From IMG/VR virus record IMGVR_UViG_2563366988_000007, positions 1-40,587 of that record: a stretch of 40,587 bases of DNA; one strand, given 5' to 3'. Origin of the DNA: a virus. Its lineage: Duplodnaviria; Heunggongvirae; Uroviricota; Caudoviricetes. The notes below the pieces were generated by a model. It ran no database searches and had not been told where the DNA came from. It was given only the letters and a program-made list of their open reading frames with translations. The position numbers and the translations under genes are program-made. Positions 36,097 to 40,587 of this stretch are shown piece by piece. Positions within the stretch are counted from its first letter, which is position 1, and the number at the start of each line of letters is the position of its first letter.

Positions 36097-36914
36097 AACC
36101 GGGAATTTATTTCGGCATCAGCAACGAAGACTACCACGCAGGTGACGGCGTGAGTAAGTCGCAACTGGACATGGTTGCCAAGAATCCGGCGCTTCTTAAA
36201 TGGGTTCAGGCAGCACCAGAAGACGAAGAGAAAAAGTCTGCATTGGATATGGGAACCGCATTGCACTGCCTGCTTCTGGAACCTGGAGAATTCGACAAAC
36301 GCTTCATCGTGTCACCGAAATTCGATCGTCGGACAAAACAAGGTAAAGCTGACGAAGAAGCATTTCTTCGTGATGTGGCGGATATGGGTATTACGGTACT
36401 TGATGTCGAGCAGTGGCGAAAACTTGAGCTCATGCGTGATAGCGCAATGGCTCATCCGGCGGCACGCTGGATGTTGGAAGCACCTGGTTACTGCGAAGCA
36501 TCAATGTACTGGAACGATGAAGAGACGGGTGAGTTGTGCCGAATTCGTCCAGACAAATGGCTGAACGAGCACAACGTGATCGTCGACGTGAAAAAGGTTG
36601 CAGATATGGACCGTTTTGCACGCCACATCGAGGAATTCCGCTACCACGTGCAGGACGCAATGTACCGCGAAGGCGCAACGAGGGTTACTGGTCAACCGCA
36701 TGGTTTTTTCTTTCTTGCCGTGAGCGAAAGCATTGATTGTGGTCGGTATCCGGTACGCGTGTTCGAGTTGGATGCGCCGGATGTCGATGCCGGGCACGCT
36801 CTGTTCCGCCGGGATCTGAATACCTATCACGAATGCCGCATAAATGATGAATGGGGCGGCGTGGAAATTATTAAACGCCCTGACTGGGCACGTAAACAGG
36901 ATATGTATGTATGA
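36093..36914 (+). CDS. RecE-like 5-prime to 3-prime exonuclease (PD-(D/E)XK nuclease domain only)
   Basis: GIYFGISNEDYHAG and downstream D...E.K-type motifs resembling RecE C-terminal domain; paired with annealing protein. Confidence 0.6.
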   Translation: MKPGIYFGISNEDYHAGDGVSKSQLDMVAKNPALLKWVQAAPEDEEKKSALDMGTALHCLLLEPGEFDKRFIVSPKFDRRTKQGKADEEAFLRDVADMGITVLDVEQWRKLELMRDSAMAHPAARWMLEAPGYCEASMYWNDEETGELCRIRPDKWLNEHNVIVDVKKVADMDRFARHIEEFRYHVQDAMYREGATRVTGQPHGFFFLAVSESIDCGRYPVRVFELDAPDVDAGHALFRRDLNTYHECRINDEWGGVEIIKRPDWARKQDMYV

Positions 36915-37792
36915 GCAATGATATCGCAATCACATCACAACCAGGCGCAACTGTAGGCACTGCTGCGGCAATCTTCAGCCCCGAGGGCATGAATCAACTG
37001 GTGCGTTTCGCGGAGTTGATGTCACAAAGCAAAGCGACTGTACCGAAACATCTTGAAGGCAAACCTGCCGATTGCCTGGCGGTGACTATGCAGGCGGCAC
37101 AGTGGGGAATGAACCCTTTCGCCGTGGCGCAGAAAACGCATGTGGTAAACGGAACGTTAGGCTACGAAGCACAGTTGGTAAACGCGGTCGTATCCTCTTC
37201 CAGCCTGCTGGCGACACGCCTGAATTATCGCTGGAGCGGTGACTGGTCGAATGTTAACGGCAAAACAGATAAATCACCGAATCTGACGGTAACTGTGTCA
37301 GCAGTTCTTAAAGGTGAAACAGAACCCCGTGAGCTTACCATCAGTATGGCGCAAGCCGGAGTGCGTAACTCTCCATTGTGGGAACAGGATCCGCGCCAGC
37401 AGCTTGCCTATCTTTGCACGAAACGATGGGCTCGCCTGCACGCTCCTGATGTGCTTCTCGGTGTTTACACCCCTGACGAATTACAGGAAACGGCACCGCG
37501 CGTTGAGCGAGACATTACTCCGCAAACAACTACTGCTGCGGGAATGAACAGTCTGATCAACGCTAAACCAGTGAAAAAGCCTGATGAGCAAACTCGTAAA
37601 GCGGATAGCCGTGATCCAGAAGAAATGCTGATGGCCTTTACCAGCGCAGCGATGAATTACAGCACTGTCTCCGAACTGGATAAGGCTTACAAATACATTG
37701 CACAAAAACTTTCAGATGATGACGAACTGCTGGCAAAAGCCACCGACGTTTACAGCGTTCGTCGGGAAGAATTAAACGAAACATCTATGTAA
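36911..37792 (+). CDS. Single-strand annealing protein (RecT-like)
   Basis: Position after exonuclease; motif QWGMNPF...GTLGYEAQL resembles RecT family. Confidence 0.55.
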   Translation: MSNDIAITSQPGATVGTAAAIFSPEGMNQLVRFAELMSQSKATVPKHLEGKPADCLAVTMQAAQWGMNPFAVAQKTHVVNGTLGYEAQLVNAVVSSSSLLATRLNYRWSGDWSNVNGKTDKSPNLTVTVSAVLKGETEPRELTISMAQAGVRNSPLWEQDPRQQLAYLCTKRWARLHAPDVLLGVYTPDELQETAPRVERDITPQTTTAAGMNSLINAKPVKKPDEQTRKADSRDPEEMLMAFTSAAMNYSTVSELDKAYKYIAQKLSDDDELLAKATDVYSVRREELNETSM

Positions 37793-37841
37793 CCACCACC
37801 GCGGCGCCACGCGCGCCGCACTGCAACCAAGAGAGGTATTT

Positions 37842-38090
37842 ATGAAAGGTGCATTAGGTAAGAAGGAACTCCTGGCGGTGGTGCCACTGTCATGGAGCAC
37901 TATCGACCGTATGGAGCGCGCAGGGGAATTTCCTAAACGCTGGTATATCACCGATAAACGCTGCGCATGGAACCGTGACGAAGTTGAGCGTTGGCTTGAT
38001 GAACGTCAGGCAGCAAGCCCGGCAGAGTTCCAGGGTAAAAAACCTCCTGTTCAGCAACGTGTATATCGTCCCGTGAGCAACGCTGCATGA
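37842..38090 (+). CDS. AlpA/Xis-type DNA-binding protein (excisionase candidate)
   Basis: 82 aa, AlpA-like motif near integrase. Confidence 0.55.
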   Translation: MKGALGKKELLAVVPLSWSTIDRMERAGEFPKRWYITDKRCAWNRDEVERWLDERQAASPAEFQGKKPPVQQRVYRPVSNAA

Positions 38091-38203
38091 GTGCGCTGCT
38101 AAGGCACTGGATCAAATGGTCAGGATGGTACTTATTCCTGGCCTCTGTTTCAGCATGGCTTTATCTGCTGGCATTAATTTTCAGAGAGGGTTGGATTAAG
38201 TGA
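38087..38203 (+). CDS. Small single-TM protein (38 aa), translationally coupled on both sides; not in ORF track
   Basis: ATGA overlap with xis stop and overlap with next GTG start; translation MSALLRHWIKWSGWYLFLASVSAWLYLLALIFREGWIK. Confidence 0.3.
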   Translation: MSALLRHWIKWSGWYLFLASVSAWLYLLALIFREGWIK

Positions 38204-38499
38204 GAAAGTTAAGCCGACTTGAAAAATACCACATGAATAAGGTTTCAATGCGCAGTCCGTCAAAGATTGTCGCCGTTACTCCTGCGGCGATAGAGATCGA
38301 AAAACGCGCGATTGAAAGAGAGAAAAAAGGGCAGTTCCGCATTGCCGCTCACCTTTGGCTTCAGTGTATGGATGTTGCTTCTGGTGATGTTGAACGTGCA
38401 AGGATCGCGGTTCGCAGGGACCAATGTATCACAAAAGGTAACGGCCTTCGCCGTGGCGACTATAGCGGCATAGGATGTTGTGGGGTGGTTTATGACTAA
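38200..38499 (+). CDS. PerC-like small regulator (tentative), GTG start
   Basis: Motif AHLWLQCMDVASGDVERARIAVRRDQC resembles PerC family as recalled. Confidence 0.4.
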   Translation: MRKLSRLEKYHMNKVSMRSPSKIVAVTPAAIEIEKRAIEREKKGQFRIAAHLWLQCMDVASGDVERARIAVRRDQCITKGNGLRRGDYSGIGCCGVVYD

Positions 38500-39142
38500 G
38501 AAATACACACTAATCTATGCAGATCCACCCTGGGTATACCGGGACAAAGCCGCAGATGGTAATCGCGGTGCCGGTTTTAAATATCCAGTTATGAGTGTGC
38601 TGGATATCTGCCGCCTTCCTGTGTGGGATTTGACCGCTGAAAACTGTCTGTTGGCCATGTGGTGGGTGCCAACACAACCACTCGAAGCACTAAAAGTTGT
38701 TGAAGCCTGGGGATTTCGTCTGATGACGATGAAGGGCTTCACGTGGATAAAATGTGGTAGTCGACAACCAGATAAACTGGTTATGGGTATGGGACACATG
38801 ACTCGCGCCAATAGTGAAGATTGCCTGTTTGCGGTAAAGGGAAAACTACCTACGCGCATTAATGCAGGGATCGTTCAGTCATTTACCGCACCGCGGCTTG
38901 AGCATTCAAGAAAGCCAGATATCGTTCGTGAAAAACTTGTGCAATTATTAGGCGATGTTTCTCGCATTGAACTGTTCGCCCGCCAGACGTCTCATGGCTT
39001 CGATGTTTGGGGTAATCAGTGCGAAGACCCGGCAGTGCAACTACACCCTGGATACGCGTTGGATATTGGCGGATTAACAAATGCATTCAGCAATGCTCCG
39101 CTGTCACCAACAGACATCCAGGGGCGGGAGCGTGCTGCATGA
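38480..39142 (+). CDS. DNA N6-adenine methyltransferase, MT-A70 family (orphan)
   Basis: YADPPW catalytic motif; no adjacent restriction gene. Confidence 0.8.
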   Translation: MGWFMTKKYTLIYADPPWVYRDKAADGNRGAGFKYPVMSVLDICRLPVWDLTAENCLLAMWWVPTQPLEALKVVEAWGFRLMTMKGFTWIKCGSRQPDKLVMGMGHMTRANSEDCLFAVKGKLPTRINAGIVQSFTAPRLEHSRKPDIVREKLVQLLGDVSRIELFARQTSHGFDVWGNQCEDPAVQLHPGYALDIGGLTNAFSNAPLSPTDIQGRERAA

Positions 39143-39333
39143 ACAGGGCATCACCAGCAGATTTAAGAAAATGCCTTGAAACTGCAAACATGCTTGCACA
39201 CAGCGGGATCAGGTTTGTTCCAATTCCCGCTGTCACTGATGCTGAATTTGCAACACTGTCAGCAATATTCGAAAACAAAATTGAATCACTGGCAGCAGAA
39301 GCAGAGATGGAAGAAAATCAGCAGAACTATTAA
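39139..39333 (+). CDS. Small hypothetical protein (64 aa)
   Basis: ATGA overlap with methylase stop; inner start of ORF 39019-39333. Confidence 0.4.
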   Translation: MNRASPADLRKCLETANMLAHSGIRFVPIPAVTDAEFATLSAIFENKIESLAAEAEMEENQQNY

Positions 39334-39336
39334 ACG

Positions 39337-40587
39337 TTATTCCCCCGCCATCCACTTCTCAAACTTCGACGGGGAGAACGGAATCAGATCCGTATGCTCC
39401 CCGTCAATCCATGAATCAATCATATCGGCCCACTGCTGCAACATGTAGGCGCGCTGTCTGGCGTATTCCGCTTTGTTATATACGGCGCGCACACCTTTCT
39501 GCTCATGTGCCAGAGCCTTTTCAATCCAGTCTGAAGGATAACCAGCCTCATGCAACAACGTACTGGCTGTACGGCGCATATCGTGTACGGTGAAGCCCTG
39601 AATATGCTCACCATCTTCATTTATTATTTTCACCGTTCTGTCGATCAGAGAGTTCAGCGCGGCATTAGATAATGGCTTCCGGAAATTGTAACGACCAGGA
39701 ACCAGATATTCACTTCCACCAGCGCACATCTGCAACCCAACCAATATATCCTGTGCCTGTTTAGGCAGGTAAATAACGTGCGCCCGGCTTCCCTTCATGC
39801 GGTCTGAAGGAATTGTCCATGTCCATTTTTTAAAATCTATTTCATCCCACGTTGCATTGGTGAATTCGCCTTTACGAACCATAGTGATAAGCACCAGCTT
39901 TAAAGCCATTTTCATAGTGCCCATAGCACCAATGGCATCCAGCGTGCGGAAGAACAGGCCAATTTCTTCTGGTGTCAGTGTTCGCTCTCGTGGTTTAAAT
40001 ATGGCGATAGACGAAGGTTTAATGTCAGCCGCAGGATTAAACAAACCATGACCACGGTCATTGGCGTGACGGTATACGCTGCTGATGATCTCCCTAGCCT
40101 GTACTGCTGTTGCCCGACCACCGCGTTCGACAATCCGGTCACACAAATCACGAACCATCGATGTGGTAATTTCAGCCATCATTTTGTTACCAAGAACAGG
40201 AAGTATGTCACGGTCGATCACCGCCTGCTTCATTGCGCGGGTACTGTCAGCCAGGATGACGTGTTTCATATAACTGTCGGTATGTACCGCAAACGTCTCG
40301 GCACCACGAATCTTTTTGATACCGTCACGTTTAGCCGCAGCCGGTGACTGGCCTGCTTTAAGCAGCTTCTTTGCAGCAATCAGTTCTTCTCGCGCTTCTG
40401 CCAGGCTGATACCGTCACGCCCATACTGCCCGATTACCAGTGTTTCGCGGCGACCGTTGATACGGTAGTCATAGCGAAACGAGACCGTGCCTGACGTAAG
40501 CACAGCTACATACAGCCCGTCACGATCGGAGACCTTGTACAGTTTGTCCTGCGGCTTGAGGTTTTTTAATTTTGTATCGGTAAGCAC
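39337..40587 (-). CDS. int: Tyrosine integrase (P4-like arm-binding N-terminus); GTG start at window edge, N-terminus may extend beyond window
   Basis: N-term LTDTKLKNLKP; catalytic region HDMRRTASTLLHEAGY...LAHEQKGVRAVYN. Confidence 0.85.
   Translation of the reverse strand: MLTDTKLKNLKPQDKLYKVSDRDGLYVAVLTSGTVSFRYDYRINGRRETLVIGQYGRDGISLAEAREELIAAKKLLKAGQSPAAAKRDGIKKIRGAETFAVHTDSYMKHVILADSTRAMKQAVIDRDILPVLGNKMMAEITTSMVRDLCDRIVERGGRATAVQAREIISSVYRHANDRGHGLFNPAADIKPSSIAIFKPRERTLTPEEIGLFFRTLDAIGAMGTMKMALKLVLITMVRKGEFTNATWDEIDFKKWTWTIPSDRMKGSRAHVIYLPKQAQDILVGLQMCAGGSEYLVPGRYNFRKPLSNAALNSLIDRTVKIINEDGEHIQGFTVHDMRRTASTLLHEAGYPSDWIEKALAHEQKGVRAVYNKAEYARQRAYMLQQWADMIDSWIDGEHTDLIPFSPSKFEKWMAGE

Larger units (their letters stand above)
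1142..40587. mobile_element. Integrated temperate phage (prophage), podovirus-like, complete set of integration, immunity, replication, packaging, virion and lysis modules; boundaries not resolved (integrase touches right window edge; left edge may include cargo genes at 1-1071)
   Basis: Contiguous integrase, repressor/cro, O/P, terminase, portal, capsid, tailspike, lysis genes in canonical prophage order. Confidence 0.85.

Overview
The window is almost entirely one temperate-phage genome (prophage, about 39.5 kb) with podovirus-type morphogenesis genes (epsilon15/phiV10-like gene order, T7-like tail-tube pair). Nearly all core genes are on the minus strand, so the phage reads right to left: integrase at the right edge; a plus-strand block with excisionase-like, RecE/RecT-like recombination genes and an MT-A70 methyltransferase; the immunity switch (tandem-HTH repressor and divergent Cro-like gene); lambda O/P-type replication genes with an iteron origin; small early genes; terminase small and large subunits; a plus-strand insert carrying tRNA-Arg(UCU) and a gp49-like gene; portal, scaffold, capsid, tail tube and internal virion proteins; a plus-strand accessory island with a LexA-boxed antirepressor-like gene, a Bro-N antirepressor and a promoter-gene-terminator moron; a tailspike with a C-terminal intramolecular chaperone; a lysis cassette (holins, GH19 endolysin, Rz/Rz1); and two plus-strand cargo genes at the left edge. 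Notable non-coding signals are a family of TTACC-N5-GGTAA palindromes at 11 or more intergenic sites, a perfect LexA box, a 12-bp palindrome GTGACATGTCAC at three operon boundaries, iterons and several intrinsic terminators. No CRISPR array, rRNA or IS element was seen. The strongest candidate for an undescribed system is the accessory island at 6567-8960; its function is inferred, not shown. All family calls are from motif recognition by eye in the supplied translations, not from database searches.
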